64,000 nt of DNA from Candidatus Latescibacterota bacterium. Lineage in GTDB: Bacteria > Latescibacterota > UBA2968 > SICM01. Numbering within the stretch: the first letter of the stretch is position 1; every line of letters starts with the position of its first letter. This document shows positions 20,879 through 30,594 of the stretch, piece after piece. Position numbers and translations under genes: made by a program. Under the pieces are notes generated by a model. That model had not been told where the DNA came from, made no database searches, and saw nothing but the letters and a program-made list of their open reading frames with translations. The stretch covers positions 832,001 to 896,000 of the forward strand of contig CBDCJO010000002.1 in NCBI GenBank assembly GCA_965217865.1, read 5' to 3'.

Positions 20879-21241
20879 ATTTCCTTTAAGTTCGAGAATC
20901 TCGAGGTATGGCAACTTGCCCTTGAATATATTGATTTGATTTACGCGATTGCTGACCAATTGCCACGAAAAGAGGAGTTTAATCTCAAGTCCCAACTCGT
21001 GCGAGCAGGGACCTCAGTAGCGCTGAACATTGCCGAGGGATCGACTGGACAGAGTAATGCCGAGCAAGCCCGTTGTCTTGGATTTGCACTTCGCTCCCTG
21101 ATCGAAACCGTAGCTTGTCAGCATCTGATTCGCCGACGTAATTACCTGGAGGATCTGACTCCCCTGGATGAAGCATATCGTCAGAGCGAAAAGCTGTCCA
21201 GAAAATTGTTCGCAATGCGGAAAGCCATTGGGAACCCAAAG
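20879..21241 (+). CDS. Four-helix-bundle protein (23S rRNA IVS protein / Avd-like); ATT at the start position, no stop, reads in frame into the downstream GT2
   Basis: FKFENLEVWQLA...LPRKEEFNLKSQLVRAGTSVALNIAEGS...ALRSLIET; GGAGG 6 nt upstream of ATT 20879. Confidence 0.88.
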
Positions 21242-21420
21242 GCGACCATAGACGATAGACGGGAAGAGCAAGATCGACCACAGACCATAGACGAAAAAAG
21301 AAAATTGTTTATCGTAGTTCGTCTATCGTCCACCGTCGGTCTTTCCTTTGTCCACCGTCCACGGTCCATCGTCGGTTTTCCCCTTTGTCCATCGTCCACG
21401 GTCCACCGTCCGGTTTTTCC
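21241..21420. repeat. Inverted heptamer arrays downstream of the four-helix-bundle gene
   Basis: GACCATA GACGATA...GACCACA GACCATA, then GTCTATC GTCCACC...GTCCACC GTCCACG GTCCATC...GTCCATC GTCCACG GTCCACC. Confidence 0.85.
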
Positions 21421-21421
21421 T

Positions 21422-22120
21422 ATGCCTGAAACTTCGATCATCATTCGCACTTTCAATGAACAAAAATACTTGCCCGATTTGTTGAAAACAATCCAGGAGC
21501 AGACATATCGAAACTTTGAGCTGATCGTAGTGGACTCGGGGTCGCTCGATCGGACAAGGGAGATCGCTGAGGAATATTGCGATAAAATTATTCGGGTTCG
21601 AAGGCAGGATTTTACATTCGGCCATTCATTGAACGTAGGGATTCAGCACAGTACCAGTCCGTTTATCGCGATTGTTTCCGCACATACAAAACCCATCGGG
21701 GAAAGTTGGCTTGCCCGATTGATTGAGCCACTTCGGGGCGATCGATCGGCCATGGTTTTTGGGAGACAGATGGGATGGGGGTCCTCTAAGTTTTCAGAAA
21801 TTCAGGATTTTGAGCGGACCTTTTCGCTGGGGCGTGAAACCCGGAAGCCTCCTCATTTTTCTGTTAACAACGCGAATTCTGCAATCCGGAGGGATCTCTG
21901 GGAGCGACGCGGTTTTGATGAGGTTCTGCCTGGATTGGAGGATATCGAGTGGGCGAAGCACTGGGTGGAAAGGGGCTTCGAGGTGATTTACGAACCGGAG
22001 GCGGCGATCTTTCACATTCACGAGGAGACGTGGCCGCAGGTTCAACGACGATATTATCGTAAGGGGGTTGCGGCCAGGAGGATCGGGATCAGAGTCGGAA
22101 AGGGATTCCACATGATCTGA
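21422..22120 (+). CDS. Glycosyltransferase family 2 (rhamnosyltransferase-like), probably C-terminally truncated
   Basis: SIIIRTFNE, VVDSGSLDRT, FTFGHSLNVG, NNANSAIRR, LEDIEWA, YEPEAAIFHIH. Confidence 0.88.
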   Translation: MPETSIIIRTFNEQKYLPDLLKTIQEQTYRNFELIVVDSGSLDRTREIAEEYCDKIIRVRRQDFTFGHSLNVGIQHSTSPFIAIVSAHTKPIGESWLARLIEPLRGDRSAMVFGRQMGWGSSKFSEIQDFERTFSLGRETRKPPHFSVNNANSAIRRDLWERRGFDEVLPGLEDIEWAKHWVERGFEVIYEPEAAIFHIHEETWPQVQRRYYRKGVAARRIGIRVGKGFHMI

Positions 22121-22187
22121 TATCTGAAGGTAAGAATCTTGCGGTCGACCTATCTCGAGCGAAGGTGGACGATTTGTTGAAAAAATA

Positions 22188-22637
22188 ATGAAAATGAGAG
22201 CTTTTATTGAAAAGCTAAGGCGCAGCAAAGTTATTTATGTAGCAGCAGTTTTTCCAATAGGCCTGCTTATTTGCAGATTCCCTTTTCTTCGAAATTATAA
22301 ATTTCATTTACTATCCTCTTGGCAAATTTCGGAACAGAGAAAAGGAGTGGATCATTTCTTTTATGGCAAGGCGCTTTCATACTGGTTCAGGTTCGAATAC
22401 TTATCTGAAAAGGATCCGGATAAAAGAGAATCGATGAAAGAAATGCTAATGGGGGGGGAGTCGGGCCAGGAATGGGCGAAGTACTATGATTCTCAACCTT
22501 TGGATTTTGAAAGCAAAGTAGGGAATTTATCATATTCTAAGGCCTGTCCTGTGTTGCCTGAATTAGGCAGGGTACTTTCCTTAACGACAGAATCTTTTAT
22601 TGTGGTTCAAATAGGCAGTTCTTCCGGGAGAGGGTGA
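22188..22637 (+). pseudogene. Truncated probable SAM-dependent methyltransferase
   Basis: Frame stops immediately after a motif-I-like VVQIGSSSGR; the break coincides with GGTGATT at 22633. Confidence 0.55.
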
Positions 22638-22756
22638 TTTATTAAGTAATGTCTTTTTCCCCAAAAACTAAACTAAGTACATAGATTTGTAAATACGATG
22701 ACATATTGATTAACGGGTCCTTCGGCCCTCTATTCTCCTTAGGAAAGGAGGAGGAT

Positions 22757-22975
22757 ATGCCCCGGGGGAGCCCTTTTACAATTGTCTTAGCCGAGGATGA
22801 GAAACAGGTCCTCGAAGGGATAGCGAGGCAATATACGTCATCATATTACCAAGTCATCAGGTCCAAGCTCATTCTATTGTCGGCGGAAGGCCTTTCTAAC
22901 AAACGCATCGCTGAAAGGCTGGACATCCCCCGACAGATCGTCAGCAAGTATGACGATCGGTTGACCTTCTTCTGA
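22757..22975 (+). pseudogene. IS630-family transposase N-terminal HTH remnant
   Basis: VIRSKLILLSAEGLSNKRIAERLDIPRQIVSK with a strong RBS; no DDE domain follows. Confidence 0.72.
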
Positions 22976-22977
22976 AA

Positions 22978-23874
22978 ATGCCAATTCATCAGTTTATCAA
23001 TTCTATAAGGGCTATTTGTCGAAATCCTCATGTGAGTACTTTTAAAGGAATTGGAAAGCATTTATTATTTCAAATCCGGAAATACACAGGTCTTTTTCCT
23101 TTTGAGCAACAACTATCTAAATCAATCATCTTTGCGCTTAACAAAAAGTGTGGCGTTTCTGCTTTAATTAATAACCAGGGGATGTATGATTATAACAATA
23201 TGCATTTAATTAAAGAGTTGCTTAAAGAAGGAAGCAATTTTTTTGATATAGGGGCCAATATAGGTTCTTATACGCTGATCGCTTCGGAGCAAGAAAGTGC
23301 GAGAGTCTTTGCGTTTGAGCCGTATCCTTTCAGTTTCCAATCTTTAAAAGATAATGTTGAGCGAAACGGACGATCAAACGTTGCGTTATTCAATATTGCC
23401 CTCGGAGACCGGGACGGGAACGTATATTTTTCCGATAATCCAGACTCTGCAACAAACCATATCGATAAGGAGGACTCTGAAGAGGCAATTTCAGTTTGGT
23501 GCACGAGAGTCGACACATTTTGCGAAAAACGTGGTGTCTTGCCAGAAATAGTCAAAATAGATGTAGAAGGTTTTGAATATGAAGTGCTGAAAGGATTTGG
23601 GAAATATTTAGGAAGTATAGATGTCATTTTCATTGAAATGAAGGGGCGCTCGGATAAGCGATTTGGAAGGTATACACTAAGTGCGGACGCGTTCCTTAAA
23701 TGTGAAAAAAAGATGAAAGAGTTGCTTTCGAATTCGGGACTACAAGGCCCATATTCGTTGGACTACGATGAAAAGACATTCACCATCAGTCGAAGAAATC
23801 AGGAGGATGTGATTTTTATTTCCAGTAAAACCGCTGGATTATTGCGTGAGATGGGTTTCATCTTTGGTGGATAG
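22978..23874 (+). CDS. FkbM-family methyltransferase
   Basis: FFDIGANIGSYT, FAFEP, VKIDVEGFEYEVLKG. Confidence 0.92.
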   Translation: MPIHQFINSIRAICRNPHVSTFKGIGKHLLFQIRKYTGLFPFEQQLSKSIIFALNKKCGVSALINNQGMYDYNNMHLIKELLKEGSNFFDIGANIGSYTLIASEQESARVFAFEPYPFSFQSLKDNVERNGRSNVALFNIALGDRDGNVYFSDNPDSATNHIDKEDSEEAISVWCTRVDTFCEKRGVLPEIVKIDVEGFEYEVLKGFGKYLGSIDVIFIEMKGRSDKRFGRYTLSADAFLKCEKKMKELLSNSGLQGPYSLDYDEKTFTISRRNQEDVIFISSKTAGLLREMGFIFGG

Positions 23875-23914
23875 CAGGTGAATGTGGAACTAATTTGCGT
23901 AATATTCCGGAATT

Positions 23915-24934
23915 GTGAAGGAGGCTAAAGGGTATCAGAGTCTCTCTGGGTTTTTTAAAAGATGCTATGGACAATGGAAATTGATCAGAAATTACATTGG
24001 ACAGGCCGATGTTGTTTTCATCTTTATGGCAACCATCAGGGCCGTCATAGCAGTACATCTTTGCCGAAAATGTAAAAAACCCTTTGCCGTATATTCCGGA
24101 AATGACTGGTACGAGGATTCATGTATAAATTACAAGTGGCAATCCGGGATAAGAAGTTGGGGAAGACCCTTATATGCTTCAGTATTTGGACTGCTTGAAC
24201 GGTATGTCATGCATTCTTCCAGGTTTAAGATCGTAAACGGTTATAAGCTACGGACCCGTTATCGGAATACACCCGGAATTCTCATTCAAACACGTCCTTT
24301 AATCCAGATGCGGTCTGAAGATTGTTGGTTCCGGGAAGATTCTTGCCAGGATATGCATATTCGGATTCTCTGCGTATCAACTCTGATACCACGAAAAGGG
24401 ATCGAATACTTAATAGAAGGTTTCAGTTTGGCAAAGAATCGACTGGCAGACAAAGATCTGCAATTATGGTTGGTGGGTACTTACGGAGACGAAGAATATA
24501 AAAATCGGCTAGATAGAATTGCGAAGACGTGCAACGTAGCGCTTTCGATAAAATGGTGGGGCTACATTCCAAACGGACCGGACCTTTTCGAAGTGTTCCG
24601 GAATGCGGATCTGTTTGTTTTGGCTTCCATAAATGAAGGATTTCCCCGGGTCATCTGGGAAGCCATGGGCCAGGGCCTTCCGATTATCGCATCCGGGATT
24701 CCCAACATCGTGAGGGAGTTCGAGGGTGATAACGTTGTTTTGTTTGTAAAGCCGGGTAGTCCCATCGCAATTGCAGAAGGAATATGTTCCCTGGTGAAAG
24801 ATAATGCGCTCAGGCGCCGTCTAATCTATGAGGGAGCTAAGAAGGTTCGCGAGGTGCTTGAAGAGACAGCCGCGGATCAGTTTATAAATCACTTTAAAGC
24901 TAACTATCAGGGTTGTGAAACACGAGTTCGATAA
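23915..24934 (+). CDS. Glycosyltransferase family 4 (possibly N-terminally truncated)
   Basis: RKGIEYLI, ADLFVLASINEGFPRVIWEAMGQGLPII. Confidence 0.88.
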   Translation: MKEAKGYQSLSGFFKRCYGQWKLIRNYIGQADVVFIFMATIRAVIAVHLCRKCKKPFAVYSGNDWYEDSCINYKWQSGIRSWGRPLYASVFGLLERYVMHSSRFKIVNGYKLRTRYRNTPGILIQTRPLIQMRSEDCWFREDSCQDMHIRILCVSTLIPRKGIEYLIEGFSLAKNRLADKDLQLWLVGTYGDEEYKNRLDRIAKTCNVALSIKWWGYIPNGPDLFEVFRNADLFVLASINEGFPRVIWEAMGQGLPIIASGIPNIVREFEGDNVVLFVKPGSPIAIAEGICSLVKDNALRRRLIYEGAKKVREVLEETAADQFINHFKANYQGCETRVR

Positions 24935-25193
24935 GGAAGTACAACACTTTAGATAGGTTGTGTTCTATCCCATGATGAGTGGAAAGGGTTTGTTGGATAA
25001 CTTTCCATCACACAGGTCTTATCGGACAATCATTTTGCTTCTGAATATGCGAACAAGATAGGGCATGTGAGTCTGTTCGTAGAATGCCTCTCTTTGACAG
25101 CGAAGGGAAGCACGTTTGTGTCGAGGGGATTTATCGATTATTATCGGGGTTCACCATAAAAGCGGGTGCTCTTTCCCTTTAAGACCAAGAGAT

Positions 25194-25853
25194 ATGGAAA
25201 TGAAAGCTTTCATAAGAAAGTCAGCAAAAAGGGCTCTTTTGCGAACCCATATCGGAAAGAGGCTGATTCGTTACCACAGTTTGTGGCCCGATTTGGAAAG
25301 AATTGGGTGGCTTAGAAGTGTCGAGGAAGGATTGCCCGTTGATCGAGATGGTAACTGCCTCCCGTGGTTCACTTATCCAATGATATCTTTCTTAAACGGA
25401 AAGATACAATCAAATTTTACCGTATTCGAATACGGAAGCGGAAACTCAACTTTGTGGTGGAGCAAGCAAGTCTCCAGCCTCACTTCATGTGAACATGAAC
25501 TTGAATGGTACAATTTTTTGAAAGAGAGAATTCCGTCAAATGTAAAGTATATACATTGTGAGCTTGATTATGGCGGACAATACTGCAAGACCATTCTGGG
25601 ATACAAAGATAGATTCAACATTATCGTTATTGATGGCAGGGACAGGGTCAACTGTGCCAAGAATTCTCTTGAAGCATTGAAGGATGATGGCGTGATCATT
25701 TGGGATAATAGTGACCGAGAAAAATATCAAGAAGGATACTCTTATCTAATACAAAATGGGTTCAGACGTATTGATTTCGAGGGACTTGGACCAATCGGTA
25801 GTCAATGGTGTACTTCAGTATTCTATCGGGATAACAACTGCTTCGAAATATGA
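25194..25853 (+). CDS. Class I SAM-dependent methyltransferase
   Basis: PWFTYP, VFEYGSGNSTLWW, IIVIDGRDRVNC, GVIIWDNSDR. Confidence 0.88.
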   Translation: MEMKAFIRKSAKRALLRTHIGKRLIRYHSLWPDLERIGWLRSVEEGLPVDRDGNCLPWFTYPMISFLNGKIQSNFTVFEYGSGNSTLWWSKQVSSLTSCEHELEWYNFLKERIPSNVKYIHCELDYGGQYCKTILGYKDRFNIIVIDGRDRVNCAKNSLEALKDDGVIIWDNSDREKYQEGYSYLIQNGFRRIDFEGLGPIGSQWCTSVFYRDNNCFEI

Positions 25854-25943
25854 TAATGAAATCGGCGTATATTTCCCAGTGGCCGCGAGTAAATCCGAAG
25901 ATAAAGATCGCGATCGATGCGATACCGATCCCCAATTGCGCTA

Positions 25944-27470
25944 CCAGCCTGTTGAAAAAGTGCGTTTATGCCAAGATGACTGTTGTCTTTCCTTGTGGTT
26001 TGGTCCTATGATATATCAGGTTCAAACTGAGAAGGGAGGACGAGCAAATGGCAATGGGAAAACGAGGACGACAGAGACAGGAAAACCTGTTCATCGCATC
26101 GAACACTTTGGTGAAATCTCCGGGTCATCCGTTCTACGAGAAGCTGAATCAGGTATTGGGGGCGAACGGCTTCGACGAGTTCGTCGAGGGGCTTTGCCAG
26201 CGGTATTACGCTCCTCATATGGGTCGCAAGGGCATTCCGCCCGGGGTTTATTTTCGGATGCTTTTGATTGGGTATTTCGAGGGACTTGATTCGGAACGTG
26301 GGATCGAATGGCGTGTATCTGACTCGCTGACGTTGCGCCGGTTTTTGGGGTATGCCCTTGACGAACAGACCCCGGATCATTCCAGCCTGTCTCGCATCCG
26401 GCATCGGCTTCCCTTGGAAGTTCACGAAGCGGTTTTCAAGTGGATCCTGAGGGTCTTGTGCAAAGCGGGTCTGGTGAAGGGGAAGACGTTGGGCGTGGAT
26501 GCTACGACACTGGAGGCCAACGCCGCGATGCGCAGCATTGTACGCCGTGACACGGGTGAAGGCTACCAGGCATTCCTTGAGAATCTGGCCAAGGCCTCGG
26601 GCATTGAAACGCCTACCCGCGAGGACTTGTCCAAGATCGATAAGAAGCGACCGAAGAAGGGATCGAACCAGGACTGGGAGCACCCGCACGACCCGGATGC
26701 CAAGATCGCTAAGATGAAGGACGGTCGCACGCACATGGCGCACAAGGTGGAGCACGCGGTGGATCTGGACACCAATGCCATTGTGGCAGTGGCGTTGTCG
26801 GGAGCAGATGAAGGAGATACCGAGTCGTTGCCCTGGACGCTGCTCGAGGCGCAGCTCAATCTCAAGCAGGTCGCGAAGGACGAAAAAGCTGCCAAACGTT
26901 TGCACAGACAGCGTATACGGGAGGTGGTTGCGGACAAAGGATATCATAGCAACGATGTATTGACCAGTCTGAAGCAAGGCGGCATCCGGAGTTACATTTC
27001 AGAACCGGATCGGGGACGCCGCAAGTGGAACGGCCGACGAGATGAGCAGGCCGCGGTATATGCGAATCGACGCCGGATCAAGGGAGATCGCGGCAAGGCC
27101 TTGCGCCGAAGTCGTGCAGAACGGGTGGAAAGAACCATCGCTCACACATATGATACCGGTGGCATGCGCAGGTTGCACTTGAGAGACCGCGGCAATATCC
27201 TCAAGCGTTTGCTGATCCACATCGGGGGCTGCAACCTGGCTCTGCTCATGCGCAAAGTGATGGGCGTAGGTACTCCGAAGGCCCTCCAGGACCTGGCCAA
27301 GGCCTTGCAGCGTCTACTGCTCGTCCTACAATCACGTTTGCTGCCCTCGGTCACCTTTTTAACCTCTTATCAGCGTCTCCTGCTCAATCTCCTTACCTTG
27401 ATTTATCTGACCCGCACTCCAGGCGTCTTTTCCGTTTATGTGCGTTGAAAGGTAGTTCTTCAACGGGCTG
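25944..27470 (+). mobile_element. IS5/IS1182-like insertion sequence, copy 2 (1527 bp)
   Basis: Same TIRs; CTA flanks at 25941-25943 and 27471-27473. Confidence 0.95.
26048..27448 (+). CDS. DDE transposase (IS5/IS1182-like)
   Basis: Protein identical to copy 1. Confidence 0.95.
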   Translation: MAMGKRGRQRQENLFIASNTLVKSPGHPFYEKLNQVLGANGFDEFVEGLCQRYYAPHMGRKGIPPGVYFRMLLIGYFEGLDSERGIEWRVSDSLTLRRFLGYALDEQTPDHSSLSRIRHRLPLEVHEAVFKWILRVLCKAGLVKGKTLGVDATTLEANAAMRSIVRRDTGEGYQAFLENLAKASGIETPTREDLSKIDKKRPKKGSNQDWEHPHDPDAKIAKMKDGRTHMAHKVEHAVDLDTNAIVAVALSGADEGDTESLPWTLLEAQLNLKQVAKDEKAAKRLHRQRIREVVADKGYHSNDVLTSLKQGGIRSYISEPDRGRRKWNGRRDEQAAVYANRRRIKGDRGKALRRSRAERVERTIAHTYDTGGMRRLHLRDRGNILKRLLIHIGGCNLALLMRKVMGVGTPKALQDLAKALQRLLLVLQSRLLPSVTFLTSYQRLLLNLLTLIYLTRTPGVFSVYVR

Positions 27471-27484
27471 CTATCCTTGATCGC

Positions 27485-27546
27485 TCCTTTCGACTACATC
27501 CTGAGCGGAGTCCCCTTGTTCTTTGAGGGGACGCAGTCGAAGGATG
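27485..27546. repeat. REP-like nested palindrome
   Basis: TCCTTTCGACT...GTCCCCTTG TT CTTTGAGGGGAC...AGTCGAAGGA. Confidence 0.5.
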
Positions 27547-27600
27547 CTGTTTTGATCCAAATTAACTAACTATCAAGTAAAATGAAAGTCCTACGCTAAT

Positions 27601-29640
27601 ATGTGTGGAATTTTTGGATATATAAATCCGTCGACGCGTCATGATGGTCTTTATGATATCAAGACCATACTGAAATCGATGTATCATCGGGGGCCGGATG
27701 ATTCGGGGTATTTTTCCGCCTGTGGGATCCGTTTTAAGCTTCATGGTGAACCTGTCGACAACCCGGCTGAGGGTCCTCATCCAAATGTAGGGCTGGGGCA
27801 TACCAGACTTTCGATTATTGATCTATCTCGTGCGGGCCGTCAACCGATGGCCAATGAGAATAACACAATATGGATTACTTATAATGGGGAGATCTATAAT
27901 TTCAAAGAAATCAAGCACGAATTGAGGCAAAAGGGTCATCTTTTCCGGTCTGAGACGGATACTGAGGTTGTCGTCCACGCATATGAGGAGTGGGGGCCGG
28001 AGTGTCTAGATCGGTTTAACGGGATGTTCGCCTTTGCCATCTACGATGCACGGGATCGTAGTTTATTTCTGGCCCGAGATCGACTCGGGATTAAGCCGCT
28101 TTACTGGAGTGCCAGAGGAGATTTATTGGTTTTTGCCTCTGAGATCAAGGCGTTGATGAAAATTCCTGAAATACAGGTGGAGGTGGACTGGGAAGGACTC
28201 CTAGGATATCTTATCTTCTGCTGGTCCCCGGAACCCAGGACATCCTTTAAGGGTGTTGAAAAACTTCCCCCTGGCCACTGGCTTTTATGGCGTGACGGCC
28301 AGATCAAGATTCATTGTTACTGGGATGTGCCATTTGACAGAGAGCAAAAAGATCTTGGAGAAGAAGCCTACGGAGAACGTCTTGATGAACTCATCCAGAA
28401 TGCAGTCGAGAGGCGGATGTTGGGTGATGTGCCTGTTGGGGTATTCCTGAGCGATGGCCTTGACTCCAGCCTTATCGCAACCCTGATGACCCAACCCGAA
28501 AGAGAACGAGTCGCTGCCTATACGGTAACTTTTGATGAACAGGATAAGGCTTATGAGGCAATGCCCGATGACCAGATTTACGCCCGTAAGGTTGCAGACC
28601 TCATCAAAGCGGACCACCGGGAAATTCTGATCCGACCCGACATTTCCAAGCTCCTTCCAGAAATCATCTGGCATCTGGAAGAACCGATTGCCGATCCCGC
28701 TGCTATTAATACATACTTGATCAGCAAAGCGGCTAAGGAGGCAGGCACTACGGTGTTGCTTTCAGGAATGGGTGCTGATGAAATTTTCGCTGGTTATCGG
28801 AAGCATATATCGGTCTATCTGGCAGGAATCTACAAGCGGTTTTTGCCCGAGTTCTTTCGGGATGGACTCCTCAGACCAACAATAGATCGTTTGCCCGTGG
28901 CCGGCCGGAATGACGGGTACCGGTTTTTCCGATGGGCAAAGCGGTTTACGAAGAGCGCTTCTCTGGCGGATGTAGAGTGCTTCATCGGAAATTATGCTTA
29001 TTGCAACGCCGTTGAAATCAATGAACTTTTACATCCAGACCTTCAAGTCGATTGGGATGGAATTTACCCCATTCAAAGGCACTACGATTATTTTTCAAAC
29101 GTCAGAGACCGTGATCTGATTTCTCAGATGACCTATGTGGATACCAAGCTTTTTCTTCCGGGTCTGAATTTGGCATATACGGATAAAGCCAGTATGGCAG
29201 CCTCTGTGGAAGAACGGGTTCCATTTGTGGACCATGAGATTGTGTCTTTTGCTTTGAATTTACCGTCAAAGTATCGAATACACAGACTGACGCAGAAATA
29301 TCTCCTTAAAAAGATTGCCACAAAATATCTTCCCCGGGAAATTGTATACCGTCCCAAAGCCCCCTTCGGGGCCCCTTTGCGATCGTGGATGCATCGAGAT
29401 CTGGGTCCACTCGTTGATGAACTCCTATCTGAGGAGAGTATCCGCCGCCGCGGATACTTTCGTTATAAAGCGGTACGAAAGATGATCGAAGATAATCGAA
29501 ATGGCCGGCAGGATTTCGGGCATCGAATTTGGGCTTTGCTTACGATTGAGCTCTGGCATCGTAATTTCGTTGACCAAGAAAAAGACACTTCACAAACTAT
29601 AAAAACAAATCTGGTAAAGGACATTTCTAAATTTAGCTGA
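27601..29640 (+). CDS. asnB: Second AsnB-family amidotransferase
   Basis: MCGI, HRGPDD, GHTRLSIID, YNGEIYN, ARDRLGIKPL, LSGMGADE; the SGGLDS loop reads SDGLDS. Confidence 0.92.
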   Translation: MCGIFGYINPSTRHDGLYDIKTILKSMYHRGPDDSGYFSACGIRFKLHGEPVDNPAEGPHPNVGLGHTRLSIIDLSRAGRQPMANENNTIWITYNGEIYNFKEIKHELRQKGHLFRSETDTEVVVHAYEEWGPECLDRFNGMFAFAIYDARDRSLFLARDRLGIKPLYWSARGDLLVFASEIKALMKIPEIQVEVDWEGLLGYLIFCWSPEPRTSFKGVEKLPPGHWLLWRDGQIKIHCYWDVPFDREQKDLGEEAYGERLDELIQNAVERRMLGDVPVGVFLSDGLDSSLIATLMTQPERERVAAYTVTFDEQDKAYEAMPDDQIYARKVADLIKADHREILIRPDISKLLPEIIWHLEEPIADPAAINTYLISKAAKEAGTTVLLSGMGADEIFAGYRKHISVYLAGIYKRFLPEFFRDGLLRPTIDRLPVAGRNDGYRFFRWAKRFTKSASLADVECFIGNYAYCNAVEINELLHPDLQVDWDGIYPIQRHYDYFSNVRDRDLISQMTYVDTKLFLPGLNLAYTDKASMAASVEERVPFVDHEIVSFALNLPSKYRIHRLTQKYLLKKIATKYLPREIVYRPKAPFGAPLRSWMHRDLGPLVDELLSEESIRRRGYFRYKAVRKMIEDNRNGRQDFGHRIWALLTIELWHRNFVDQEKDTSQTIKTNLVKDISKFS

Positions 29641-29691
29641 ATCAGCATGACCAGAGTGTAACCATTTTGTAGATATTTGGAAGGGAGTTGA

Positions 29692-30594
29692 ATGATTAAG
29701 GATGAAATTAGAGATATTTTACGGTCTCCTGATAATTTAAAGATGTTATATGAGAAAGGCCCAGGCAAACTTCGCTCTGAAGATGGTCAAGAATACCCGA
29801 TTATAGATAATATTTTATGCATGTTAAAAGAAGAAGAAAGGGTTATCGACCAGGGGGACGATAACTTCTATGAGAAGTATCCGTTTGGTGAGAGAGATTG
29901 GTCAAATCCAGACGAAATAGAATCGGGCGTGGAAGAAGAGTTAAAATGTCTCCTGACAGAATATCCGAAGGCAGCAATCATTGTAGATGTAGGCGCGGGA
30001 ACAGGTCGAATATCGAACTATCTGAGCCTTAAATCTTTTGAAAATGCAGTAAGTTTGGATTATAGCATTATTTCCCTCAGGCAAGTCGTGGCCAACAGCA
30101 ACAACGTGTGTATTTGGGGAAATAACCTGCATTTGCCATTTTCATCCTCCTCGGTTGATATGGTGATTTCCTCTGGGGTTATTCATCATACGCCTGATCC
30201 TGAAAAGGCTTTTGAGGAGTGTGAAAGGGTTTTAAAGCCCGGTGGGAGGATATATCTTAGGGTATATAATAAATACAGTTTGTACGGATTTTTATACCAT
30301 ACATATGGCGCTTTTATAAGATCTCTTGAATCAATTAGAGCAACCTTTCTAGTAGATGTATTCGGTTTTTATTTATATAGATTGGCCTGGAAGCTTCTCA
30401 ATCGCTCAGTCAGAAAAGGGAATTCCAAAATACTTAGAGCCAAATTCGCAAATCTTTTCTGTAAAAAAATGGTTCATTTCTTTACAAATTCTGAAATTGA
30501 TAATTTAATTAACAAAAATCAATTGATAATTGAGAGCGCAAAAAAGAGGGGGTTGGCGCACAGGATGCATTGTTATGTCGCGAGGAAGACTTGA
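29692..30594 (+). CDS. Class I SAM-dependent methyltransferase with Trm112-like N-terminus
   Basis: YPIIDNI N-terminal module; VDVGAGTGR, SSGVIHHTPDP, RVLKPGG. Confidence 0.88.
   Translation: MIKDEIRDILRSPDNLKMLYEKGPGKLRSEDGQEYPIIDNILCMLKEEERVIDQGDDNFYEKYPFGERDWSNPDEIESGVEEELKCLLTEYPKAAIIVDVGAGTGRISNYLSLKSFENAVSLDYSIISLRQVVANSNNVCIWGNNLHLPFSSSSVDMVISSGVIHHTPDPEKAFEECERVLKPGGRIYLRVYNKYSLYGFLYHTYGAFIRSLESIRATFLVDVFGFYLYRLAWKLLNRSVRKGNSKILRAKFANLFCKKMVHFFTNSEIDNLINKNQLIIESAKKRGLAHRMHCYVARKT

Noticed and set aside
20716-21420. CRISPR array or DGR (because of the repeats and an Avd-like gene)
   Set aside because: Repeats are 7-bp tandem units without spacers; no cas genes, reverse transcriptase or TR/VR pair in the window.
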